Shown: positions 49,577-58,046 of the stretch, piece by piece | Layout: each line of letters starts with the position of its first letter | Position numbering within the stretch: the stretch's first letter is position 1 | Assembly: GCA_039804105.1 (NCBI GenBank) | Contig: JBDRZU010000002.1 | Span: forward strand, 160,001 to 224,000 | Direction of reading: 5' to 3' | DNA: 64,000 bases | Source of the DNA: a candidate division WOR-3 bacterium | GTDB taxonomy: Bacteria; Hydrothermota; 32-111 | Program-made: the position numbers and the translations under genes | The notes under the pieces: model-generated | What the model was told of the DNA's origin: nothing | The model's database searches: none | Seen by the model: only the letters and a program-made list of their open reading frames with translations

Positions 49577-50023
49577 ATGAAAAAAGTTACCATTTTAATT
49601 TTAGTTTTTGTTCTTGTTTTTAATATTTCAGTTTTTTCCCAGAACTTACAACAACAAAAACCTTCTTATGAAGAGGGAAGAGAAGCAGGAAGAATCGCTG
49701 CTTCTTCTGAAAATTCTTTGATCTGGGGACTTATCGGATGCGGAGCTACTTGTTTTTTCGAAGGTTTAGGATGTCTTGGTGCAACTTTAGCCGGTTATCT
49801 TATTGAACCAACTGCTCCCTATGTTTCTTCTGAAAAAGGCGACGATTATATAAGGGGTTTCAGAGAAAGTTACTCCGCTGAAGTTAAAAAGAAAAGGGCA
49901 ACAAGTGCTTTTGTTGGAGGGTGTTTGTCAACCGTCGGTCAATTAATAGTATATATACCTGTTTATATTATTTATGGTGCATGGATAACAGCAATGTTAG
50001 CATCAATTTTTACAACACAATAA
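49577..50023 (+). CDS. Hypothetical membrane protein with signal peptide and Gly/Cys-rich hydrophobic segments
   Basis: ATG 49577 after the SD (track start 49526); WGLIGCGATCFFEGLGCLG; C-terminal TM. Confidence 0.7.
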   Translation: MKKVTILILVFVLVFNISVFSQNLQQQKPSYEEGREAGRIAASSENSLIWGLIGCGATCFFEGLGCLGATLAGYLIEPTAPYVSSEKGDDYIRGFRESYSAEVKKKRATSAFVGGCLSTVGQLIVYIPVYIIYGAWITAMLASIFTTQ

Positions 50024-50035
50024 AAAAGGAAAGCA

Positions 50036-50389
50036 TTGTTAACAAAGATTTACGATTCTTCATATAATATTGTCGGTTATATCCATGATAAGACTATTGA
50101 AGATGGTTCAGGTGCTCCTATAGGTTTCTTTGAAAGTGATAGAATCCTTGATCAACATTACAATATTATAGGATACTACCATTATGGGAGATATGAGGAT
50201 GCTTCTGGAACTATCCTTGCGTATCTTGAAGGAGATACTTTAACAGATAGTTCACATTCTCCAATAGCATATATTTTGAGTGAAAGAATAGAAGATTCTT
50301 CGCATAACACCATAGGTTATATTCATAACAATCTTGATAAAGCTCAAGTCGGAACTCTTATAGTTTTTGGATTCGTTTCATTGATATGA
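50036..50389 (+). CDS. Small repeat protein, beta-flower-like (six 16-aa repeats plus a hydrophobic C-terminal helix)
   Basis: IYDSSYNIVGYI / IEDGSGAPIGFF / ILDQHYNIIGYY / YEDASGTILAYL / LTDSSHSPIAYI / IEDSSHNTIGYI; AAGGA SD before TTG. Confidence 0.7.
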   Translation: MLTKIYDSSYNIVGYIHDKTIEDGSGAPIGFFESDRILDQHYNIIGYYHYGRYEDASGTILAYLEGDTLTDSSHSPIAYILSERIEDSSHNTIGYIHNNLDKAQVGTLIVFGFVSLI

Positions 50390-51654
50390 AAAAAAGATTT
50401 TATTTGTTTTTTTTAGCATCACTATTCCTTATTTCAAATTCATCAGAATTAAAATTTGCCATAATCTCAGATATTCATCTTTATGATACAACTCTTGGTT
50501 ATAAAGGAAGAGAGTTTGAAAATTATATTGAAAATGATAGAAAACTTTTAAAGGAAAGTTCTTTTCTGCTTGATCAGTTTTTTGAGGATGTAAAAAATTA
50601 CAATATCGATTTTATATTTATTCCAGGTGATATTACAAAAGATGGAGAACTTGTAAACCATAAACTTTTCCTTGAAAAAAGTTCTGAAATTTTAAACAAA
50701 GGTATCAAAATTTTTATAGTTCCAGGCAACCACGATATAAACAATTTCGATAGTTATAAATATGAAGATGATAAAAAGATTCGAGTTGAAACTGTTGATA
50801 GAGAAAATTTTTTATCACTCTATAAAAATTATGGTTTCAATAACTCCTATTCAAAAGATGAAAACTCTTTTAGTTATATTGCAGATTTGAATGGAGAATA
50901 CTTTCTTGTTGCACTTGATGGCTGTAAATATTTTTTAAACGATGAAAAAAATCCTTCAACAGTTTCAGGTAAAATAGGCAAAAAAACCTTAAACTGGTTG
51001 AAAGAAAATCTTGAAAAGTTAAAATCTCAAAACAAAAAGTTTATAGTTTTAATACATCATAATTTGATTGAACATTTTAAAGGACAAAAGAAAGGTTACC
51101 CTGAATATGTGCTTGAAAACAATGAAGAACTTTTAAAAGTTCTCGCTGATTATAATGTAAAAATGATTTTCACAGGACATTTTCATGCAAACGATATTGC
51201 AAAGATAAACTTGAAAAATGGATATATTTTTGAAATCGAGACAGGTTCTCCTGTAACCTTTCCATCCCCATACAGGATAGTAGAAATTTCTAACGATACT
51301 CTTGTAAAAGTTGAAACTTTTTCTCTTTTAAAATATCCAGAGTTATACTCGTACAGCAAAGAATATACAGAAAATGGAATTTACAAAATAGCTTATAGAA
51401 TAATAAAGAGTTTTAAAATATCTGATAAAGAATCTGATATACTTGCTAAAAAGATCTCTTTTTCCATGGTTTCACATTATCAGGGAGATGAAATTCTACC
51501 CGAAAAATTTTTTGATACAAAAGATTTTTCACTGAAATCAAAATTTATAATGTTTTTAAAAAGGGATATGTTCAAAAATCTTCTTGTTGACACTACACCT
51601 GATAACAATGTCTTGATAAATCTTTATTCAGGGGAAATTTCCAAAATCAAATAA
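50386..51654 (+). CDS. Exported calcineurin-like metallophosphoesterase
   Basis: Signal peptide; SDIH, GDIT, PGNHD, HH, TGHFH motifs. Confidence 0.9.
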   Translation: MKKRFYLFFLASLFLISNSSELKFAIISDIHLYDTTLGYKGREFENYIENDRKLLKESSFLLDQFFEDVKNYNIDFIFIPGDITKDGELVNHKLFLEKSSEILNKGIKIFIVPGNHDINNFDSYKYEDDKKIRVETVDRENFLSLYKNYGFNNSYSKDENSFSYIADLNGEYFLVALDGCKYFLNDEKNPSTVSGKIGKKTLNWLKENLEKLKSQNKKFIVLIHHNLIEHFKGQKKGYPEYVLENNEELLKVLADYNVKMIFTGHFHANDIAKINLKNGYIFEIETGSPVTFPSPYRIVEISNDTLVKVETFSLLKYPELYSYSKEYTENGIYKIAYRIIKSFKISDKESDILAKKISFSMVSHYQGDEILPEKFFDTKDFSLKSKFIMFLKRDMFKNLLVDTTPDNNVLINLYSGEISKIK

Positions 51655-51657
51655 TTT

Positions 51658-51730
51658 TGCGTCACCGGGGAATCGAACCCCGAACCTACTGATTAAGAGT
51701 CAGTTGCTCTACCATTTGAGCTAGTGACGC
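51658..51730 (-). tRNA. tRNA-Lys (CTT)
   Basis: GCGTCAC/GTGACGC acceptor stem; anticodon arm ACTGA-CTCTTAA-TCAGT; GGTTCGA T-loop; CCA not encoded. Confidence 0.95.
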
Positions 51731-51744
51731 TTATAAATAAAGAA

Positions 51745-51818
51745 TGCGCCTGACAGGAATCGAACCTGTAACCTACGGATTAGAAATCCGTTGCTCTATC
51801 CAATTGAGCTACAGGCGC
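51745..51818 (-). tRNA. tRNA-Arg (TCT)
   Basis: GCGCCTG/CAGGCGC acceptor stem; ACGGA-TTTCTAA-TCCGT anticodon arm; GGTTCGA. Confidence 0.95.
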
Positions 51819-51833
51819 TTGTTTTATTTTATT

Positions 51834-51911
51834 TGGGGTGAGTGAGGGGACTCGAACCCCCAACGGCTGGAACCACAATCCAGAGCTCTAACCAATTGAA
51901 CTACACTCACC
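51834..51911 (-). tRNA. tRNA-His (GTG) with encoded G-1 and CCA
   Basis: G-GTGAGTG...CACTCAC-C-CCA; CTGGA-TTGTGGT-TCCAG anticodon arm. Confidence 0.95.
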
Positions 51912-51918
51912 ATAAAAA

Positions 51919-51994
51919 TCGGGGCAGCTGGATTTGAACCAGCGACTTCCTGCTCCCAAAACAGGCGCGCTAAACCGGACTGCGCTATGCCCCG
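51919..51994 (-). tRNA. tRNA-Pro (TGG)
   Basis: CGGGGCA/TGCCCCG acceptor stem; CCTGT-TTTGGGA-GCAGG anticodon arm; GGTTCAAATCC. Confidence 0.95.
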
Positions 51995-52593
51995 AAATAT
52001 TCTTTTTCCAAAAAATCTATAAACTTGCTTACAGCTTTCGCTCTGTGTGAGATCCGATTCTTTATGGATTCATCCAGTTGAGCAAAAGTTTTTTCAAAAC
52101 CATCAGGTATAAAAACCGGATCGTAACCAAAACCTTTATCTCCTTCTGGCCTATATGCGATCCTTCCATTGCATAAACCTTCAAACTGCTCCATAAAATC
52201 TGATGTTTTGAATGTTATCACAGTTTTAAAATACGCTCTTCTTTCATAATCCTCTTTAAATTTTTCCATCTTTTTCAATAACAACATATAGTTGTCTTGG
52301 TAGGAAGGATTCTTTCCAGCATACCTTGATGTGAAAACTCCAGGTTCGCCATTCAAGGATTCGACAAAAAGACCAGTATCCTCAGCAAAAGTGTCCAACT
52401 TTGTAAAGCAATATCCGTTTAAAACTTTAATGATAGAGTTTTCTTCAAGAGTTTTACCGGTCTCTTCAACTTCAGGATAATCTGGAAAATCTTCTATGTA
52501 AAGAACTTTTATTTTTTTAGAAGTTAAAATATACTCAATTTCTCTCTTTTTGTCAAGATTATGAGTTGCAAAAAAAATCTTCAACTCTCTCAT
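51985..52593 (-). CDS. rdgB: RdgB/HAM1 non-canonical purine NTP pyrophosphatase
   Basis: ATHN..K..E, EETG.TLEEN, EDTGL.V..LNGEPGV..SRYAG, GFGYDPVF, KN.ISHR. Confidence 0.96.
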   Translation of the reverse strand: MRELKIFFATHNLDKKREIEYILTSKKIKVLYIEDFPDYPEVEETGKTLEENSIIKVLNGYCFTKLDTFAEDTGLFVESLNGEPGVFTSRYAGKNPSYQDNYMLLLKKMEKFKEDYERRAYFKTVITFKTSDFMEQFEGLCNGRIAYRPEGDKGFGYDPVFIPDGFEKTFAQLDESIKNRISHRAKAVSKFIDFLEKEYFGA

Positions 52594-53009
52594 GGAATAA
52601 CTGTAAAAGCATCAGAGTATCCTTTATCCTTAACAAGATCTCTGAATCTGTCAGCATCCTCTTTTGTTTTAAAGTGTCCTATTCTGACTTTATAGTATGG
52701 TGGAATATACTCAACATAAACATCTTCTGCAAATTTCGTTTTAGCTTCATCTCTGACTTTATAAGCTTTTGCTTCATCGTAAGTTGCAAAAATCTGTACT
52801 TTGTACTCACTAACCTTTGTTTGCTGAGTAATAGGAGTTTCTGCTGGTTTTTCCTCTACAATTTCAAGTTGTGGTTGCTTAACTTTTGGTTCTTCCTCTA
52901 TAACAACCACTGATGGCTGCTGGGTTGGTTGTGTAGTTTTTGCTTTTTTTGTACATCCAGTAAAAATAAGAGAAGAAAATAGAACTAAAATGATCAACTT
53001 TTTTAACAT
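52590..53009 (-). CDS. SPOR domain lipoprotein
   Basis: Lipobox FTGC, Q/P/E-rich linker, YKVQIFA...YYKVRIGHF...GYSDAF. Confidence 0.9.
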   Translation of the reverse strand: MLKKLIILVLFSSLIFTGCTKKAKTTQPTQQPSVVVIEEEPKVKQPQLEIVEEKPAETPITQQTKVSEYKVQIFATYDEAKAYKVRDEAKTKFAEDVYVEYIPPYYKVRIGHFKTKEDADRFRDLVKDKGYSDAFTVIP

Positions 53010-53020
53010 TTTAACCCTCC

Positions 53021-54091
53021 TTAAAGGTATTTTTTATATTTTTCATCTTTTTCAAGAATTTTTAGAAGATTTTTTATTTCCCCAGTTTCGTTCTTTTTAC
53101 ACACAAGTGTTTCATTTTCAGTTCGAACTATTATAAGATCAGATACACCTATAACAGTAACAAGTCCCGAATCAGAGATTATTATACTATTTTTTGAATT
53201 TAAAGAAACAACCTCCCCTTCAATTATATTTCCATCTTTATCCTTGTTTTTTATCCTTTCAAGTGCATTCCAATCACCAACATCATCCCAGTTAAACTGT
53301 GCTCTAACTATAACAATATTTTCTGCCTGTTCCATAACTCCAAAATCGATAGATGTTGCAGGAGAATTCTGATAGAGTTTTAAAATACTCTCTTTCTCAT
53401 CATCCTTTCCTATATGCTTTTCATATTCAATAAGTTCTTTATACATATCAGGTAAATATTTTTGGATACCTTCAAGAAGTGTTTCAGTTTTCCACAAAAA
53501 TATTCCACTGTTCCAGAGAGTATTGCCTTTTTTAAGGTATGAGATAGCTCTTTTCACATTCGGTTTTTCTTTGAAAGATTTTATTTTGTAAACTTTATCA
53601 TCGAGCAACGCTTCACCGAGTTCAATGTATCCATAACCTTCATCAGGTCTTGTTGGTGTTATACCAAAAGTTACAAGATTACCTTTCAAAGCGAACTCGT
53701 ATCCTATTTCTATGGTTTTCTGAAAATCCTTATCAGGGAAAATACTGTGATCAGCAGGACAAATGAGCATAACAGAGTTTTTGTCAATACTTCTTAACTT
53801 CATAGCTCCAAAACCTATAGCAAGTGCTGTGTTCTTTCCAAATGGCTCATAAAGTAAATTCTGTTTATTAAAAATTTCAAAAGAATCTATTGACTCTTTC
53901 AAAATTTCAGTACCTATGATAAATATTCTATCTTTTTCAATAAAGTTGTTCAACCTCAAAAACGTCTCTTCAAGCATAGTTTTTTTTGATATAACTGGAA
54001 GAAGTTGTTTAGGTTTTGTTTTCTTTGACCTTGGCCAAAACCTTTCTCCTCTTCCACCTGCAAGTATAACTGCATATAAATTCTTGTTCAT
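53021..54091 (-). CDS. manC: Mannose-1-phosphate guanylyltransferase
   Basis: ILAGGRGERFWPRS...PKQ, EP..KNTA, PADH, GYGYI, FKEKP, WNSGIF, SIDFGVME, WDDVG.W. Confidence 0.95.
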   Translation of the reverse strand: MNKNLYAVILAGGRGERFWPRSKKTKPKQLLPVISKKTMLEETFLRLNNFIEKDRIFIIGTEILKESIDSFEIFNKQNLLYEPFGKNTALAIGFGAMKLRSIDKNSVMLICPADHSIFPDKDFQKTIEIGYEFALKGNLVTFGITPTRPDEGYGYIELGEALLDDKVYKIKSFKEKPNVKRAISYLKKGNTLWNSGIFLWKTETLLEGIQKYLPDMYKELIEYEKHIGKDDEKESILKLYQNSPATSIDFGVMEQAENIVIVRAQFNWDDVGDWNALERIKNKDKDGNIIEGEVVSLNSKNSIIISDSGLVTVIGVSDLIIVRTENETLVCKKNETGEIKNLLKILEKDEKYKKYL

Positions 54092-54113
54092 AAATTTTGT
54101 CCTGTTTTTCTCT

Positions 54114-54141
54114 ATTATATATATTTTACCTTTATAGTCAA
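54114..54141 (-). promoter_or_regulatory. Putative promoter of manC-SPOR-rdgB-tRNAs
   Basis: TTGACT-16 bp-TATAAT; the -35 box overlaps the upstream gene's TGA stop. Confidence 0.65.
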
Positions 54142-57100
54142 TTATATTCGATTTTTCTTTTCATCATTTTGAATTCTAAAGATTCCGCTGATTCAATAAC
54201 TTTATTAGCAAACGAAAGAAAAAGTGTTTTGTATTCTAAATTTTTTGTTTCTTTAAACAAAAAATAGAACAATCTTGCTTTGTTTTCTAAATTTTCATTT
54301 TCGTCAACCATTTTTCTTAATCTTTTTTCAATATCCATTTCACCTTTTCTTAAAAGAAACAGATTATTATAAAGGTCGTATACGAATTTCTTTTCTTTAT
54401 CCTCTTGTTTTTCTAAATAATTTTCTAATTCTTTCAATTTGATCTCTAGATTTTCCATATCGCCAACCTCATAAAAATATTGAATAAGAAGAATAACAGA
54501 AGCGGCAATCTCATCGTCAAGATTCAGTTTCAAAGCCATATTATAACTTTTTTCAGCAAAATTTTTCATCTGATCAAGATCATCTTTGTAAAAGTTTATT
54601 TTTGACATTTCATAGAGAGCAAGATGTAAAGCCCAATAATTTTTTATCTCTTCAAAAATCGAAGCAGCTATTAAATAGTACTCCTGTGCTGTATCGAACT
54701 CTTCTAAAGCGGAATAGATGTTACCGATATTTCCAAGGTTTATCCCCATAAAATATTTGTTTCCAATCTCCTCATTAATCGTAAACGCTTCCTGATAACA
54801 TTTTAACGCTTCGTCATACTTTTTTTGGAAATAATAGATCATACCTATATTACTTATTGAAGCGGACATAGAATACCTATCACCCTGTTCTTTTGCAACA
54901 TTTAAAATTTCTTGAAAAATTTTAAGTGCTTTATCAAGTTCTCCTTTCCTCCACAACATCAAACCAAGATTTCCCATAGCATAGCACATCTCTCTTTTTT
55001 TATTGTTTTTTCTATCGTATTCAATTTTTTTGTTTAAAAGTTTTATCCCTTCATCATATTCACCAGTTTCAAAATAGTATAAAGCCATACTTCCCAAGAT
55101 ATCATGTTCCAACTGATCAAATTTTGCCTCTTTCGCTTTTTTTAAAGATTCTTTAAAATAAGCCAAGGATTTTTCATACTGATTCATATCATAATATATC
55201 TTACCTATATTTTTAATCGATCGAATCTCCTCCTTCAGGTTATTATTCTTCTTAAATATTTCATAAGCACGATTTGCATTTTCGAGAGCATTATCATAAT
55301 CGGATAACCTTATCTGTAATTCTATCATAACATTAAGATATTCTGCATATATTTCAGATTCTTTATCTTTGATGATTTTAAATATTTCATTTAAAAAATC
55401 TTCCTCTTGCTTGTATTGTGAAAGATAAAACAAACTATGAGCTATAAGAATACCTGTTTTTAATTTTTCGAAATTATCTTTTTGTATATTAAAAAGTTTT
55501 TGATTTAATCTTAAAGCATCCTCTTCCCTATACTCTTTTTTTGCGAATTCAGCTGCCTTTTTTAAATATTCTTCATATTTTTCATAGTTTTTACTCTTTT
55601 CATAATGAAAGGCAAGATCAGCAAAATAAACTGGATTATTCTTGTATTTTTCCTCTATCGATAAAGCAGCAAGTTTGTGTAATTCTATTAGATCTTCTTC
55701 TAGTTGCATCTCGTATGCAGCATCCTTGATAAGTGAATGCGAAAAAATATATTTCATCTCACCTGAAGGGTACCAGATATTTTGTTCTGTTCCCTCAACA
55801 AGTTCTACCTCAATATCTTTCATACCTGCCATTTTATTTAAAATTTCTATATCAAATTCTTTCCCCAACACGGATGCATGCTGGACCAATCTCTTCAATT
55901 TTTTACTTAACCGATCGAGACGTGCGATTATTATTGAGTTTATGCCTGAAAAAATATCTATATCAATTTTTTCAATATCAAAACCATTATTATCATATTT
56001 TATATAACCATTTTCATTCAAAAATAAAAGAATCTGTTCAAGAAAAAAAGGATTTCCTTCAGATTTGGTTTCAAGAAAATTTAAAAGTTTATCCTTTATC
56101 GGTCCTTTGAGTATAGTTTCCATCATCAGTTTCACATTTTCCCTTTCAAATCTTTGTAGTTGGAAAGATTTAGCATTTTTAAGATTGGAATACAAATTTT
56201 TTATCCTCTCATCATCCCTTGACAAAATTATTAAACCAAAAGGATAATCTGAGACATTTGTCATAAGTTCAGGAATGAATTTTAAAGATACTTCATCCAA
56301 CCATTGGGAATCATCAAAAATTAAAATTAAAGGCTTTAAAGAGGATTTAATTTTTACAAACTCTTTTATTGCGATCTTTATATTATCCAGAATTACTTTA
56401 TCATCATAATTTTTATTAAGATCGGTATCAAAACCCAAAAAACTTTTTAAAAAATTTTTTGTTCTTTTAAACTCTTCCACTGGAACATTTTTTTCGTTTT
56501 CAACTTTATTTAAAAGTTCATAAAAAACAGTTTCAAAATTTTTTTCATTCTGTTTGTTATTTTTATAAAAATCAATTTTAAAATTTTTAGCCAAAAATTT
56601 CCTGAACACTTCAAGAAAATCTTTAATTATCTCATCAGTTTGTTCCCAAAAAATATCAACATCGTTATCAAGCGATTTTAGTGACTCTTCCACAAACCTT
56701 GTTTTTCCGATACCTGCCTGTCCAAAAACAAAAAGAATTCCCATATTTTTATCTTTCCCTTTAAAGATCTCAGTTAATCTTTTTAACTCTTCTTCTCTTC
56801 CAATAAATCTGTTGATATATTTTTTTTCAAAAACAATTTTTTCACCAAGTTTAAATACTTGTCTTTCTCCAACAATACCTTTAAATTTAAAAAAACCTTT
56901 AGATTGAAGATCAAAATTCTTTTGTAACTTGTTCGCATAAACAGAATCACACCAAATTTCACCCCACAATGCCCTCATCGCAATCCTTGCAGCAAGGTTA
57001 ACAACCGATGATATTGATGTATAAGCATATTTTTTTTCACTTCCAATTTTTCCAAAATATACGCTTCCAAAAGTAATTCCTATCCTCACATCTTTCCCTA

Positions 57101-58004
57101 ACACGAAAACCAACTCTTTGACAAAATCAGATGATTTGCTGATATCGTTCTCAAAAGCTATTGGTGCACCAAAAATGATATAGCATAAAAGGCCTTTATC
57201 TGAATACTCAACCATACTTAAAAAACCACCATATTTTTCTTTTAGTTTTAAAAGATTTTCAACATAAAACCTAACATTTTTTTCATTTGAAGAATTTTTA
57301 AAATTTATAAATATAGAGATAACATTCCGAAATTCACCTTTAAGATCAGAACGATAAACTTCATCAACAAAAAAAGTATCATCATTTTGATAATCGTCTG
57401 TTTTTTCTTTGACACTGCATCTTTTTGGCGATACATGTAAAATTTTATAAAACTCCTCTTTTTTTTCAAATTTAGCAATTTCAACTAAATTCTCATAAGT
57501 TTTATTATCACACAAAATCTCATTCTCTTCACATATATCCTGCATTTTATGAATCTTTTTTATCGGACTCCCTTTCAAAAGAAAGATTTTCTTTTTTTCA
57601 CCTATGAAAAGAATTTTGAAACGACCTGAAACTATACTTATTTTAACAGAAAGTTTTATTTCTTCATTTGGTAGGCCAAAATTTTTATTTTCTATTTTTT
57701 TTATTATATTGTAAGCGGAAACTGCACAACAAAAATTTTTCTTACCATCAAAAACTGCAGTGAAAGCATCTCCTGCAAATGTTGTTACAAATCCATCGTT
57801 TTTGTATATTTCATCAATTATGTCGTTGTAAAAAAAGTTTATAATTTTTGAAAGTGTTTCTGCACCACTTTTACCAGATTTCATAAGGTTTTCTGTCAAA
57901 GAGGTAAAACCTTTAATATCAAGGAACAGAATCGATCCTTCAAAATTCTTTTCAAAATTGTTTTTATCATACCATTTTAAAATTTTTGATGGAACAGTTT
58001 CCAA
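54138..58004 (-). CDS. Tandem class III nucleotidyl cyclase + STAND/AAA ATPase + TPR protein (soluble adenylyl cyclase-like)
   Basis: C1 LFLDIKGFT...FAGDA; C2 SDKG..FGAP...VNLAARI; Walker A GQAGIGKT, Walker B LIFDDSQW, GNPFF, many C-terminal TPRs; TTG start after GGGAGG. Confidence 0.9.
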   Translation of the reverse strand: METVPSKILKWYDKNNFEKNFEGSILFLDIKGFTSLTENLMKSGKSGAETLSKIINFFYNDIIDEIYKNDGFVTTFAGDAFTAVFDGKKNFCCAVSAYNIIKKIENKNFGLPNEEIKLSVKISIVSGRFKILFIGEKKKIFLLKGSPIKKIHKMQDICEENEILCDNKTYENLVEIAKFEKKEEFYKILHVSPKRCSVKEKTDDYQNDDTFFVDEVYRSDLKGEFRNVISIFINFKNSSNEKNVRFYVENLLKLKEKYGGFLSMVEYSDKGLLCYIIFGAPIAFENDISKSSDFVKELVFVLGKDVRIGITFGSVYFGKIGSEKKYAYTSISSVVNLAARIAMRALWGEIWCDSVYANKLQKNFDLQSKGFFKFKGIVGERQVFKLGEKIVFEKKYINRFIGREEELKRLTEIFKGKDKNMGILFVFGQAGIGKTRFVEESLKSLDNDVDIFWEQTDEIIKDFLEVFRKFLAKNFKIDFYKNNKQNEKNFETVFYELLNKVENEKNVPVEEFKRTKNFLKSFLGFDTDLNKNYDDKVILDNIKIAIKEFVKIKSSLKPLILIFDDSQWLDEVSLKFIPELMTNVSDYPFGLIILSRDDERIKNLYSNLKNAKSFQLQRFERENVKLMMETILKGPIKDKLLNFLETKSEGNPFFLEQILLFLNENGYIKYDNNGFDIEKIDIDIFSGINSIIIARLDRLSKKLKRLVQHASVLGKEFDIEILNKMAGMKDIEVELVEGTEQNIWYPSGEMKYIFSHSLIKDAAYEMQLEEDLIELHKLAALSIEEKYKNNPVYFADLAFHYEKSKNYEKYEEYLKKAAEFAKKEYREEDALRLNQKLFNIQKDNFEKLKTGILIAHSLFYLSQYKQEEDFLNEIFKIIKDKESEIYAEYLNVMIELQIRLSDYDNALENANRAYEIFKKNNNLKEEIRSIKNIGKIYYDMNQYEKSLAYFKESLKKAKEAKFDQLEHDILGSMALYYFETGEYDEGIKLLNKKIEYDRKNNKKREMCYAMGNLGLMLWRKGELDKALKIFQEILNVAKEQGDRYSMSASISNIGMIYYFQKKYDEALKCYQEAFTINEEIGNKYFMGINLGNIGNIYSALEEFDTAQEYYLIAASIFEEIKNYWALHLALYEMSKINFYKDDLDQMKNFAEKSYNMALKLNLDDEIAASVILLIQYFYEVGDMENLEIKLKELENYLEKQEDKEKKFVYDLYNNLFLLRKGEMDIEKRLRKMVDENENLENKARLFYFLFKETKNLEYKTLFLSFANKVIESAESLEFKMMKRKIEYN

Positions 58005-58016
58005 GATTCCTCCCTT

Positions 58017-58046
58017 TCATTCTATTTCTATCTATTCTATTTCTAT
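58017..58046. repeat. 15-bp imperfect tandem duplication spanning the alpha-2-macroglobulin stop codon
   Basis: Minus strand reads ATAGAAATAGAATAG ATAGAAATAGAATGA, 13 of 15 identical. Confidence 0.7.

Noticed and set aside
50386..51654. Metallophosphoesterase as the CpdA-like cAMP phosphodiesterase for the STAND cyclase
   Set aside because: It has an N-terminal signal peptide, so it is probably in the wrong compartment; the motifs do not specify a substrate.
51600..52000. tRNA cluster as an integration site for a genomic island
   Set aside because: No integrase, no duplicated tRNA 3' end seen in the window, and no compositional shift.
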